64,000 nucleotides of DNA from Candidatus Levyibacteriota bacterium (GTDB lineage: Bacteria; Patescibacteriota; Microgenomatia; Levybacterales; UBA12049): the NCBI GenBank assembly GCA_963790825.1, contig CAWBPM010000002.1, positions 4,721 through 68,720 of the forward strand, written 5' to 3'. The position numbers were made by a program, and so were the translations under genes. Under the pieces are notes generated by a model that was given only the letters and a program-made list of their open reading frames with translations, had not been told where the DNA came from and ran no database searches. Positions 19,187-28,937 of the stretch are shown in pieces. Positions within the stretch are counted from its first letter, which is position 1. The number at the start of each line of letters is the position of its first letter.

Positions 19187-20494
19187 ATGGCAAATATGAA
19201 TGACGCAAAAATAATTGTCGGTATTGACGTGGGAACATATAAAATTGCCACTGTTATTGCCAAAATTGACGAATCAGTCAATATCCTCGGCGTATCTGAA
19301 ATAAAATCAGCAGGGATTCGAAAAGGTCAGATTGTGGATATAGAGGAAGCGGTTAGCGCAATCAATGCGTCCCTTGAAGCATCTGAGCGCATGGCAGGCT
19401 ATAATGTCTCACGTGTTACCGCATCAATTGGCGGAAACCAGATAGAAAGTCTGAACTCACGTGGTGTCGTAGCAGTTTCCACGCCTCAAGGAGAAATATC
19501 GCCTGAAGATTTAGTACGCGTTATTGATGCCGCAAAGGCGATTTCAATGCCCTCGACCCGAGAAATAATTCACGTATTGCCAAGAAATTACATCGTCGAC
19601 GGACAAGAGGGGATTAAAGATCCGATCGGAATGTCGGGAGTAAGACTTGAAGTTGATACCCATATAATCTCTGCCAACAGTATTTCAGTACGGAACTTGG
19701 ATAAAGCATTTTCCCAAGTCGGAGTTGATGTCGAAAACTTCGTTTTCAGTGGTTATGCAAGTTCTCTCGCGGTATTGTCAGACACTGAGAAAGAATTAGG
19801 CGTCGTACTGGTAGATGTTGGTGCGGGAACCACGGATATCTCAATCTACACAGAAGGATCAGTGTCGTACTCGTCGGTTTTGGCAATTGGTGCGCGTCAC
19901 ATCACGAACGATTTGGCGATTGGTCTTCGTATTTCTCTGGAAAGTGCTGAAAAAATTAAACTCTTTCTTTCTCAAAATTACGGCATGAAGCATGTACTTC
20001 GTCCTGAAGAAGACGGTGAAAAGACCAAAGAGCATAAGCCATCTGATGAAATCGACTTAAGCTCTTTAAGTCTACCTGAAGAACTCAGAAAAGTTTCACA
20101 AAAGACGCTGGTAGAAGGTATCATCAGGCCAAGGTTGAATGAAATTTTCACTATGGTAGGACTTGAAATTAAAAAGAGTGGGTTTGGCGGACAAACGCCG
20201 GCAGGGCTGGTCATAACAGGAGGAGGAGCATTAACAGTTGGCATTAAAGACTCCGCAAAACGAATGCTCGCGATGCCTGTTCGGGTGGGAAGTCCGGTAA
20301 ATATTAAAGGAATTATTGACGAAGTACAGAATCCGGCTTTTTCGACAGTTGTCGGACTCACCATGTATGGAGCTAGAAACAGCGAAGAAACAAGACCTGG
20401 AAAATTCGCTGTTTCACTACCGGGATTTCTCGGTAATAGTAGCGGAAAAGTACTCAGAAAACTGTTTGAACTCATAAAATCGTTTATTCCCTGA
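19187..20494 (+). CDS. ftsA: cell division protein FtsA
   Basis: GIDVGTYKI, GIRKG.IVDIE, P.GMSGVRLE, DVGAGTTD, ITGGG. Confidence 0.95.
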   Translation: MANMNDAKIIVGIDVGTYKIATVIAKIDESVNILGVSEIKSAGIRKGQIVDIEEAVSAINASLEASERMAGYNVSRVTASIGGNQIESLNSRGVVAVSTPQGEISPEDLVRVIDAAKAISMPSTREIIHVLPRNYIVDGQEGIKDPIGMSGVRLEVDTHIISANSISVRNLDKAFSQVGVDVENFVFSGYASSLAVLSDTEKELGVVLVDVGAGTTDISIYTEGSVSYSSVLAIGARHITNDLAIGLRISLESAEKIKLFLSQNYGMKHVLRPEEDGEKTKEHKPSDEIDLSSLSLPEELRKVSQKTLVEGIIRPRLNEIFTMVGLEIKKSGFGGQTPAGLVITGGGALTVGIKDSAKRMLAMPVRVGSPVNIKGIIDEVQNPAFSTVVGLTMYGARNSEETRPGKFAVSLPGFLGNSSGKVLRKLFELIKSFIP

Positions 20495-20505
20495 TACTTA
20501 GAAAC

Positions 20506-20534
20506 TTGCAAAAGGAGCATCTTTCTGCTACGAT
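20506..20534 (+). promoter_or_regulatory. internal promoter for ftsZ
   Basis: TTGCAA-17 bp-TACGAT with a TG extension, 12 nt before ATG 20547. Confidence 0.5.
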
Positions 20535-20546
20535 CTGGCGTGACAT

Positions 20547-21707
20547 ATGCTAATAAAACCCCAGTCTGATAACTTCGCAAAAATTCGCGTGATCGGTGTT
20601 GGTGGCGGTGGAGGAAACGCAATCGGTTCTATGATTTCAACGAGTACGATTCAGGGTGTTGATTTCATCGCAATCAATACCGACGCTCAAGCGCTTCTTC
20701 GCAATAAAGCAGATACAAAAATTCAAATCGGTGAGAATCTAACCAAGGGTCTGGGTAGCGGTGGCGATCCAGAGATTGGTCGTCAAGCGGCGGAGGAATC
20801 AGCAGAGAAAATTAAACACATGCTGGAAGGATCGGATATGGTATTCCTGACAGCAGGAATGGGTGGAGGTACGGGAAGCGGGGCCACATCAGTCGTCGCA
20901 TCAATTGCAAAAGAAGTCGGAGCATTAACTGTCGCAGTAGTCACAAAACCGTTTTCATTTGAAGGTACTCGTAGAATGGTAGCAGCTGAGGATGGAATAG
21001 ATAGCGTTAAAGATAAAGTAGATACCCTTATAGTTATTCCAAACCAAAGAATTCTCGATGTTGTTGACCGGAAACTTTCGCTTATGGATGCATTTAAAGT
21101 AGCGGATTCAGTTCTTACCCAAGGTGTTCAGGGAATTTCGGAAATTATTACCCGTCCGGGACTGATCAATGTCGACTTTGCGGATGTTCGGACGATTATG
21201 TCCAGCGCTGGATCTGCCTTAATGGGTATCGGCACCGGAATTGGCGAAAATCGGGCTCAAGCGGCAGCAAGAAGTGCGATCTCATCCCCACTTCTTGAAA
21301 TATCAATGGATGGAGCTAGGGGAGTGCTGTTTAATATTGTCGGTGGTCCAGATCTCACAATGACAGAGGTTGATGAGGCAGCAAAGATTATCGCTTCTGC
21401 AGCAGATCCTGATGCGAATATTATTTTCGGCGCAACAATTGATGAAAATATGCATGACCAGATCCGGCTTACCGTAGTTGCAACGGGTTTTGACCAGACC
21501 AAACAGAGGCTTCGGGAATTTATGCCAACTCCTAGACAAACAATCCCGACTACGACATCTTCACCGTCACAAAATATACAAGATCCGTCTCAACCACAAC
21601 AAGCAGGAAATACACTTAATCCGACAAATAACCAATCAAATAAACCCAGCGAGCCGGAAGCTGAAGACGAATGGGACATCCCCGCGTTTCTAAGACAGAA
21701 AAATTAA
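20547..21707 (+). CDS. ftsZ: cell division protein FtsZ
   Basis: [18 protein letters not shown] tubulin signature, NVDFAD, C-terminal DIPAFLR. Confidence 0.98.
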   Translation: MLIKPQSDNFAKIRVIGVGGGGGNAIGSMISTSTIQGVDFIAINTDAQALLRNKADTKIQIGENLTKGLGSGGDPEIGRQAAEESAEKIKHMLEGSDMVFLTAGMGGGTGSGATSVVASIAKEVGALTVAVVTKPFSFEGTRRMVAAEDGIDSVKDKVDTLIVIPNQRILDVVDRKLSLMDAFKVADSVLTQGVQGISEIITRPGLINVDFADVRTIMSSAGSALMGIGTGIGENRAQAAARSAISSPLLEISMDGARGVLFNIVGGPDLTMTEVDEAAKIIASAADPDANIIFGATIDENMHDQIRLTVVATGFDQTKQRLREFMPTPRQTIPTTTSSPSQNIQDPSQPQQAGNTLNPTNNQSNKPSEPEAEDEWDIPAFLRQKN

Positions 21708-21781
21708 CAATAGATTGCCTTTTGGTTCTTTTAAGATAGTACAATTTTATCTATAATAGTAACATAATTGTGAAAGCCAGT

Positions 21782-22342
21782 ATGGAAGAGTACGTAGTTT
21801 TAGTGAATGAAAAAAATGAAGTTGTGGGGACGCAGGAGAAGATGTCTGCACATAGCGCCCAGACGCCGCTTCACCGGGGAATATCAGTGTTTCTTTTCGA
21901 TAAAAAAGGCAACTTTCTACTCCAGCAAAGAAGTAATAAGAAAAAAACATGGCCACTGGTCTGGTCAAACAGTTGTTGCGGTCACCCAAAATTGAATGAG
22001 ACAAGTATTGATACGGCTAAAAGACGACTTGCATATGAATTGGGCATAACTGATGCAAAGATCACTGTCGTTTTGCCCGACTACCGCTACCGGTTTACAA
22101 TACAAGGTGTTTGGGAAAATGAATTTTGTCCAGTTATGGTGGGTTTTACAGATCAAAAGCCTACGATTAATACTGACGAAGTTGAAGCAGTAAAATGGAT
22201 AACATGGAAAGAGTGGTTAAGTGAGGTACAAAAAAATCCTGATAAATATTCTCAGTGGTGTATTGAAGAAACAAACCTGCTTACGAAAAACAAAAGTTTT
22301 CGCGATCTTCTTGAGCAAGTTGATAAAAAATCTATATTTTGA
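21782..22342 (+). CDS. idi: type 1 isopentenyl-diphosphate delta-isomerase
   Basis: LHRG.SVF, LLQQRS, WSNSCCGHP, ELG, ENEFCPV, EV, W. Confidence 0.9.
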   Translation: MEEYVVLVNEKNEVVGTQEKMSAHSAQTPLHRGISVFLFDKKGNFLLQQRSNKKKTWPLVWSNSCCGHPKLNETSIDTAKRRLAYELGITDAKITVVLPDYRYRFTIQGVWENEFCPVMVGFTDQKPTINTDEVEAVKWITWKEWLSEVQKNPDKYSQWCIEETNLLTKNKSFRDLLEQVDKKSIF

Positions 22343-22384
22343 AAACAAAAAATAGTTTATCTAAGTTATTTCATGTGTTAAAAG

Positions 22385-22416
22385 ATGAAGCGTGCAGTAT
22401 TCTTGCAGCAGGAAAA
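22385..22416 (+). pseudogene. possible tiny remnant of a sugar-nucleotidyltransferase 5' end
   Basis: atg aag cgt gca gt(-) att ctt gca gca gga aaa gives MKRAVILAAGK after restoring one base. Confidence 0.35.
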
Positions 22417-22473
22417 TTAATTACCAACTTTTAGAATAAAGAATATATCTCAACTATTTGCTATGATAGACTC

Positions 22474-23346
22474 ATGCGGATAGAGGTAAAAAGGGTTAGA
22501 TGGGGAAGAACATCACTATTGGTAATACTATTTCTTTGTTTACTTTTTATCCTCGGAGGCCTTCTAGGACGCAAAATTATAAAAACAGAACTGCCACTGT
22601 CGCCACCACGACCACTAAATGTATTATTTATTGGTAACAGCTATACTTCTGTCAATTCTCTCCCAACCATCTTTCAGGAAATAGCAGTTAGTGCCGGACA
22701 GACTAGCCCTGTTGTTGATTCTTATACACCCGGTGGATATACTCTTACGCAACATCTGGCTGATGCAAAAGTTCGCTCATTACTCGAAAGTGAATCACCA
22801 AACGGTGAGCATTGGGACGCGGTAGTTCTACAGGAGCAAAGTACTACACCTGCGTATGCCCAAGTAAACCAGAATATACATGACACATCTCTGGCAAGCG
22901 CTTCCGGATTATATACATTAATTAAAAATACCAATCCGAATACCCATGTCATTTTGTATGAAACTTGGGCTCGGAAAGCAAATTTATGGGGTACCAGCAG
23001 CATTGATCCGCTAGGATTTGGCGCTGATCCTCAGGAGATGCAAAGGAGAATTCAGGTTTGGTATGAAGAAGCTAAGGAAATTATGGACCAGCTGGGCGGA
23101 CCTGAGGTTACTATCGCACGTGTGGGAGAGTATTGGCAAATGAATAATCAATCGACAAGCCCTATTCAACTATTTGCTTCCGATGGATCTCATCCAGATT
23201 TCGCCGGTTCATATCTTGCGGGTCTTGTTATTTTTTCAACAATTTATAATGTTTCGCCAAGTGTTGTAAGCTACATCGGATCTTTGCCTACTGCCGATGC
23301 AGCGCGGCTTAAGGGATTGACCAGTAACTTACCAAACGCGAAATAA
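22474..23346 (+). CDS. membrane-anchored SGNH/GDSL hydrolase-like protein
   Basis: N-terminal TM; LFIGNSYT, VVLQEQS, YETWAR, DGSHP. Confidence 0.8.
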   Translation: MRIEVKRVRWGRTSLLVILFLCLLFILGGLLGRKIIKTELPLSPPRPLNVLFIGNSYTSVNSLPTIFQEIAVSAGQTSPVVDSYTPGGYTLTQHLADAKVRSLLESESPNGEHWDAVVLQEQSTTPAYAQVNQNIHDTSLASASGLYTLIKNTNPNTHVILYETWARKANLWGTSSIDPLGFGADPQEMQRRIQVWYEEAKEIMDQLGGPEVTIARVGEYWQMNNQSTSPIQLFASDGSHPDFAGSYLAGLVIFSTIYNVSPSVVSYIGSLPTADAARLKGLTSNLPNAK

Positions 23347-23396
23347 CTATGTAACACCAGAATCTTGTGCTATAGTTAATAAGTTAATTGTAATAC

Positions 23397-24017
23397 ATGA
23401 GAAGCATACTCGTCGAGGAAATTTTAAATAGTATTACTCATGGAATCGGAGTATTGCTAAGTCTTTTAGGATTAATAATTCTTCTTATCATCGCATTTAA
23501 CACACACAACATCTGGAAAATTACCGGTTTTAGTATTTTCGGGATTTCGTTACTACTTGTCTATTTTTTCTCGACATTATTCCACAGTCTAATTTTTAGC
23601 AAAGCAAAAAAAGTATTTCTAATACTTGATCAATCATCAATATTTCTCCTCATTGCCGGGACATATACACCATTATTACTATTGTTTTTTCGCAACTGGT
23701 TTGGCTGGATACTGCTCGTCATCATTTGGAGCATATCGATTATAGGAATTATCTTAAAGTCAATTAATCTCAAAGAAAACGGAAAAATGTGGGTATATTT
23801 ATATCTTGGTCTTGGCTGGATGAGTCTAATAATTTTAAAACCGCTCGTATCTGTATTGCCGCTGCAAAGTATTTTATTGTTATTCTTAGGGGGAATGTGC
23901 TATACGCTCGGAGTATTATTCTACCTCTTTAAAAAACTTCCTTTTACCCATGCTATCTGGCATATTTTTGTTATATTTGGGAGTACCTGTCATTTCTTAA
24001 TGCTCTATCGTTTGTAA
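23397..24017 (+). CDS. hemolysin III / PAQR family membrane protein
   Basis: EE..NSITHG, STLFH, LDQSSIFLLIAGTYTP, HAIWHIFV. Confidence 0.9.
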   Translation: MRSILVEEILNSITHGIGVLLSLLGLIILLIIAFNTHNIWKITGFSIFGISLLLVYFFSTLFHSLIFSKAKKVFLILDQSSIFLLIAGTYTPLLLLFFRNWFGWILLVIIWSISIIGIILKSINLKENGKMWVYLYLGLGWMSLIILKPLVSVLPLQSILLLFLGGMCYTLGVLFYLFKKLPFTHAIWHIFVIFGSTCHFLMLYRL

Positions 24018-24082
24018 AAAGAAGACCGACCATTATTACTGCATTTTTTCAAAACCAGTGCTATAATCTGATGTAGTAAGAT

Positions 24083-25012
24083 ATGGTAACAGAACGAGAA
24101 GCCGTTCATAATGCCCTGCCGACCGATCTGACACTTACTTCGGAAACACCTTTTAATTACCAAGCAGGGGTCAGATTAACCCATGTGTACCACGAAACAG
24201 ATAGGGTCTTTCGTATTGCCGCCAAACAAAATGCTCATAGACTATCCCGATCAATTTATCAAGACAACAACAACCAGCAAATTGCATTAACGCCAGCAAC
24301 AGTTTACCAGGGACTTCGCGAAATCTATTTCTACGGTTCTCTTCAGAGTGAGTGGGGACGAGACGGAGAAGCGATAGAAAGTCTTTATGCGATGATGTCA
24401 AAAAAATTAAAAGAGGTATCTTCACCGGGTTCAATCAGCAAACCTACGCAACTGATAGATATTGTAAAAACCACCAAAACTCTAAGTCGTGCGCCTATTG
24501 AAGAAAAAAGTATGGTGCTTGAAAAAATTGGACGGGATAAGATCAATAACCTTGATCCGGGAGAGCAAATTGCGACATCAACCCGATTAAGCGCAATCGA
24601 TACAGCATTAACGACGGGCTCAGGTGCTGTTGTAATGATCTATGCGGGAGGGCATCTCACTCTCAGTGGAAACATCCTGCAAGACGTACTATTGGCTCTT
24701 TCGTCTGAAGTAATCAGTCTCGGTCTTCTTCCGTTTGTAGCCAAGCAGCATGAGAATCTTATCAAAAAAAAGGGAACCTGCCAAAATGCAGTAGTAACGA
24801 TACTGCATTATTTGGGAATTGACAAGCCAGTTCTGGGAACAATGTCTGCTCAGGTTGCTATTGATGCTGCTCTATCCGTTCTCCTGTTTTTCAATGTGGG
24901 TCGCGCAGCATACTTGGCCGGACGCGGAGTGAATGCACTTAACAGCCTAGGTCTTCTTGCTTTTAATAAGTGGTGGCTTAATAAAAAAGAAAATGAGTCC
25001 CAGACAAAATAA
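24083..25012 (+). CDS. hypothetical protein with C-terminal hydrophobic helices
   Basis: 309-aa ORF preceded by TGcTATAAT; no family recognised. Confidence 0.6.
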   Translation: MVTEREAVHNALPTDLTLTSETPFNYQAGVRLTHVYHETDRVFRIAAKQNAHRLSRSIYQDNNNQQIALTPATVYQGLREIYFYGSLQSEWGRDGEAIESLYAMMSKKLKEVSSPGSISKPTQLIDIVKTTKTLSRAPIEEKSMVLEKIGRDKINNLDPGEQIATSTRLSAIDTALTTGSGAVVMIYAGGHLTLSGNILQDVLLALSSEVISLGLLPFVAKQHENLIKKKGTCQNAVVTILHYLGIDKPVLGTMSAQVAIDAALSVLLFFNVGRAAYLAGRGVNALNSLGLLAFNKWWLNKKENESQTK

Positions 25013-25087
25013 AATTTCTCTAATTATTCTCAAGAATATTAGAATAAGTCATCAGTGTTGTGGGTTGAGTATATTCTAATATCATGA

Positions 25088-25213
25088 CAAGTTAAGTTTA
25101 TAGTAAAAGGATTTACCAATCGCCGGCAAATTAAAATAACTTAACTTTTAGAGAATAAGTAGGAACTTTCGGTTCAGGATATTGCAAAGAAGGTGAAGGA
25201 AAATAGGAGAACC
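25088..25213 (+). pseudogene. ArsR/SmtB-type winged-helix regulator remnant
   Basis: Frame from 25097 reads FIVKGFTNRRQIKIT*LLENK*ELSVQDIAKKVKENRRT, resembling ArsR helices 1-3; two in-frame stops, truncated at the convergent gene. Confidence 0.55.
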
Positions 25214-26331
25214 TAAGACAAGAGAGATAATTTTCTTCTCGTTTTCCTAACGACCAGCCTCCCTTGCCGGTAACGGTTAACCGGTCCTTCAATAAATAAT
25301 ATTAGTAGCAGTGATAGGAAAAGGATAGTGGTGATCGTTATAATGGTAAAAAGTTCTGACTGCTTCTGGTGTAAATTCGCTAAAACGTCCATAACAAATT
25401 GATGGCAAATATACATTGGATAAGAAAACAGACCAAAAATTCTATCGACTCTACTCGTCTTAGTCAACTGAAAAACAAACGGGATACCAATGAATAATAA
25501 TCCAAAATACGTAAGCTGCATAATATCGATACCACGTTCCGGATCTCCGGGAAGGAAACTATAAAATATGGTAAAAAGAATAAGAAGAAAAAACATGATA
25601 AGAGAAAAGATAGGATATTTTTTCTTCATTTTCCATTTGTATATCCGATACGAGAAGATGCCGGCTAAAAAAAACAGTAGCTCCGTCGGGAAAAATCTAT
25701 TCGTCCACGGTTCTTGGTGTAGGCCAATTTTATATAAATACATGCGAAGTAGTAAGCTCAAAAGCGCGAGAACCACAAGAAACCGGAGTTTTCTTTTTAG
25801 CAAAAAAGGAGCAAGGAGGTAGAAGACAAATTCAAGACTCAGTGTCCATGCTTGTGGGATGAAAAGGAAATCGTATAAAAGAGGATGTGTCGTTAAGTAA
25901 TTATTTGTGAAGAAAAACGTACCGTGTGTCACGTTGAGCCCCAGAAACATCACGAAATCCATCCCAACAATAAAAAGATTGACAAAAACTAAATACCCAA
26001 GCGTTAAAGGATTTAATGCGTTACTATTATGGATATAAATATCCAGTTTGCTTACCTGTCCGAAATGTAAGAAAAGATATGAAGTAAGTAGAGATAAAAT
26101 AAGGATAACAAGATAGGTTGGGTAAATACGAAGGATACGATTCGTTAGGAAAAGTTTATATGAGCTATTTTCTCCGACATATTTTTTATCAAGAATAAGA
26201 GAAATATAAAACCCGGAGAATATAAAAAAGGCTTGCACTGCCATTTTTCCGCCAATAAGTGTAGTTCCGAAAAATTGACCGGTATGGACACTGATGACAC
26301 TGAGAGAAAAAAGGAACCTAAGCAGTCCCAT
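25213..26331 (-). CDS. acyltransferase-3 (OafA/YrhL-like) membrane O-acyltransferase
   Basis: LRF...SV..H, AVQAFFIFSGF, F..NR.LRIYP.Y, WTLSLE.FY, SYPMY..H. Confidence 0.88.
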   Translation of the reverse strand: MGLLRFLFSLSVISVHTGQFFGTTLIGGKMAVQAFFIFSGFYISLILDKKYVGENSSYKLFLTNRILRIYPTYLVILILSLLTSYLFLHFGQVSKLDIYIHNSNALNPLTLGYLVFVNLFIVGMDFVMFLGLNVTHGTFFFTNNYLTTHPLLYDFLFIPQAWTLSLEFVFYLLAPFLLKRKLRFLVVLALLSLLLRMYLYKIGLHQEPWTNRFFPTELLFFLAGIFSYRIYKWKMKKKYPIFSLIMFFLLILFTIFYSFLPGDPERGIDIMQLTYFGLLFIGIPFVFQLTKTSRVDRIFGLFSYPMYICHQFVMDVLANLHQKQSELFTIITITTILFLSLLLILFIEGPVNRYRQGRLVVRKTRRKLSLLS

Positions 26332-26420
26332 ATCATTATACTATAAAGAAAATAAGTAAGTTTGTCACTTCTTTATTGGTGAAAGGTTGGGGTTAAATTC
26401 CTAAATACGAAAAATGTTTT

Positions 26421-26747
26421 TTACCTATTTTTATGCTTTCCCCTTTCTTTCGTGAAATTGAAAGCATCGAGAATAAATGGCTCAATGCGGGGGAAGTCGT
26501 CTATGCCTATAACTTCTGTTTGTGCCCATGTTTTTCCAAAATCAAATTTCTCAAATCCCGTTTCAAGTGACATTTCAAAACAATCAGGGGATAAAATCAA
26601 CCATATAACGACTATCTCATTATCTACGGCTTTGTATCCGCCAAATAAATTCTTTCCCGTATACATGCAGATCCAGCCGAAAGAATTGGAGAACCGAACC
26701 TGGCCAATTCTATTTGTATAATCCAAAAGCATTTCTTCAAGATTCAT
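26421..26747 (-). CDS. hypothetical protein, weakly TfoX-N-like
   Basis: 108-aa ORF; FGWICMYTGKNLFGG resembles the TfoX N-terminal FG..G.Y..G.MF pattern. Confidence 0.4.
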   Translation of the reverse strand: MNLEEMLLDYTNRIGQVRFSNSFGWICMYTGKNLFGGYKAVDNEIVVIWLILSPDCFEMSLETGFEKFDFGKTWAQTEVIGIDDFPRIEPFILDAFNFTKERGKHKNR

Positions 26748-26857
26748 ACAGAATAAATTCTAGCAGATTTCTGTAAATACAGATTATGATTCACCATATT
26801 TACCAATTAAAGCACACTGCTTGCGTAATGATAAGTGTATGTGTAAAAATAAATAGA

Positions 26858-27331
26858 GTGAAACGTTTTACACAGCTTATTTTTTTTATCCTCGGCTGCG
26901 AACTGGTGGGATTCCTGGCAACACCATTTACCCTCTCAGCCATCCCTACCTGGTACGTGGGACTTAACAAACCTTTTTTCAGCCCGCCAAACTGGGTATT
27001 TGGTCCGGTCTGGACGACACTCTATTTTCTCATGGGCATTTCCGCCTATCTCATTTGGCAAGAGGGATATAAAAAGAAAAAAGTGCGCACTGCACTGCGT
27101 TTGTTTACTATTCAATTAACACTTAACTTCCTCTGGTCTTTGTTTTTCTTCGGTCTTCATTCGACTATTCTGGGACTTTTAGATATTGGAGCACTTTTGT
27201 ATTACATCATCTTATCAATCACTGCCTTTTATAAACTATCGAAAACCGCTGCGAATCTTCTTCTCCCATATCTGCTTTGGGTCAGCTTCGCCTCACTTCT
27301 CAATATTGCAATCGTTCTTCTTAATTCATAA
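26858..27331 (+). CDS. tspO: TspO/MBR tryptophan-rich sensory protein
   Basis: WY..LNKPFFSPPNWVFGPVWT.LY, QL.LN..WS..FF, PYLLWVSFA..LN; start codon uncertain (GTG 26858 or an upstream ATG). Confidence 0.9.
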   Translation: MKRFTQLIFFILGCELVGFLATPFTLSAIPTWYVGLNKPFFSPPNWVFGPVWTTLYFLMGISAYLIWQEGYKKKKVRTALRLFTIQLTLNFLWSLFFFGLHSTILGLLDIGALLYYIILSITAFYKLSKTAANLLLPYLLWVSFASLLNIAIVLLNS

Positions 27332-27379
27332 TCAAAAATACCTTGCAAAAATAATGTATACTATAGTGTAATTACGCGT

Positions 27380-28114
27380 ATGGAAATAAAAGATAAGGTT
27401 GTTATTATTACCGGGGCGTCTTCAGGTATCGGAGAAGCAACAGCTAAACTGTTTGCAAAAAAAGGTGCGAAGGTCGTTCTCGCTTCCCGCTCAAGAAAGA
27501 AACTCGAAATACTTTCCCGGAAACTTCCCAATTCTTTCGTTATTCAGACTAACATGACGAAAGAAAACGAAATAAAAGAAATGGTAAAAAAAACACTGGG
27601 CCGATTTGGCAGAATAGATATCCTGATTAATAATGCCGGACAGGGATACGACAGCCCGGTTGAGTTGATTAATATAAATACATTTCACAAAATATTTGAT
27701 CTTGATGTTCTGGGCACCGTAATTGCCATGCAGCAGGTAATCCCACTGATGAGAAAACAGGGAAAGGGAGTTATCGTCAATATCAGCTCGGGTACGGCGC
27801 TCATGATTTTACCCGGTATGAGTGCATATGCAGGCTTGAAGCAGGCACTGGCGAAAATCAGTTTGACTGCTCGGGAAGAATTAAAAAAAGATAATATCAG
27901 TGTCAGTGTAGTGTATCCTTATATCACGGAGACGGATTTTGAGAAAAACACAATCAGAGAATCGAAACGAAAAAATTGGGATCGAGGAGGAGACAGCGGA
28001 TATCGACCGCCTCCTGCCGATCCGCCCGAGTTTGTTGCCGGAAAGATTCTTGAGGCAGTAGAAAGCGAAGCAGCAGAAATAGTCGTCCATGATTGGATGA
28101 AAAACAGAGGTTAA
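27380..28114 (+). CDS. short-chain dehydrogenase/reductase
   Basis: TGASSGIG, NNAG, NISS, YAGLK (YxxxK). Confidence 0.9.
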   Translation: MEIKDKVVIITGASSGIGEATAKLFAKKGAKVVLASRSRKKLEILSRKLPNSFVIQTNMTKENEIKEMVKKTLGRFGRIDILINNAGQGYDSPVELININTFHKIFDLDVLGTVIAMQQVIPLMRKQGKGVIVNISSGTALMILPGMSAYAGLKQALAKISLTAREELKKDNISVSVVYPYITETDFEKNTIRESKRKNWDRGGDSGYRPPPADPPEFVAGKILEAVESEAAEIVVHDWMKNRG

Positions 28115-28240
28115 CTAAAGAAATAAATCATTCCGAGCAAAATTGAAAAATAATACTTAGTCGACCTAAAAAACTTCTCGAACAACAAGAAATTTAATAC
28201 TCCTGATTACTTTTTTACGAAAATGGTACAATAACGGAAG

Positions 28241-28912
28241 ATGAAATTTTTAGTCTCACTCATTTTTATAGCTATAATTGCACTGACAGTTTATAGGTAT
28301 ATGTCTAAGGAAGTAAATCGAACGAAAAAACAAAAACATTTGAAAATATACCGCAAGCCATTAGTAGTGACAGGTATAGTTGTAATTGTACTTCTGGGAT
28401 TTCTAGCTTTCCTGATGTATAGAGCTGGAACTGTTCCGGATACCCAGTGTACAACAGTACATGCATTAACGTCGAATCCTCCGGTAAGTCTAAACTCTGC
28501 GCTGGATTATTTTCTAGAGGGGAACTACGACTATGACAGTGGAAATTGTCGGAAGGCAATCGCCGACTACGGAACGTCCATCAGGCTTAACCCTAATTAT
28601 CCCGAAGCATACAATAATCGCGCATACACCTATATGCGAATGCAAAATTATCAAGCAGCCTTATTGGATTTAAATAAAGCACTGGTGTTAAACCCTGATT
28701 ATATACAAGCCTTAATGAACAGGGGAGATATTCATAATTATTATTTTGCCATCGATAGGCAAAGTGCAATTTTTGATTATAAGAAAGTTATTGCCCTCAA
28801 TGGTGCGCAGGGTACAAGTGTCTGTGGACATTTATTTTTGGCAGAACATAACGGCTGGAATCTAGGAACAATCTTAGACTTTCCAAGAGTAGTTTTCAGT
28901 ATGTGTAAATGA
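28241..28912 (+). CDS. membrane-anchored TPR protein
   Basis: Two N-terminal TM helices; TPR units AIADY..SIRLNPNYPEAYNNRA and AL.DLNKAL.LNPDY..A..NRG. Confidence 0.8.
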   Translation: MKFLVSLIFIAIIALTVYRYMSKEVNRTKKQKHLKIYRKPLVVTGIVVIVLLGFLAFLMYRAGTVPDTQCTTVHALTSNPPVSLNSALDYFLEGNYDYDSGNCRKAIADYGTSIRLNPNYPEAYNNRAYTYMRMQNYQAALLDLNKALVLNPDYIQALMNRGDIHNYYFAIDRQSAIFDYKKVIALNGAQGTSVCGHLFLAEHNGWNLGTILDFPRVVFSMCK

Positions 28913-28937
28913 ATTTAGCGAAATACAATTATTTATT

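Noticed and set aside
25013-25060. Hammerhead ribozyme on the minus strand (CTGATGA present)
   Set aside because: GAAA does not directly follow a stem II, and stems I and III cannot be formed.
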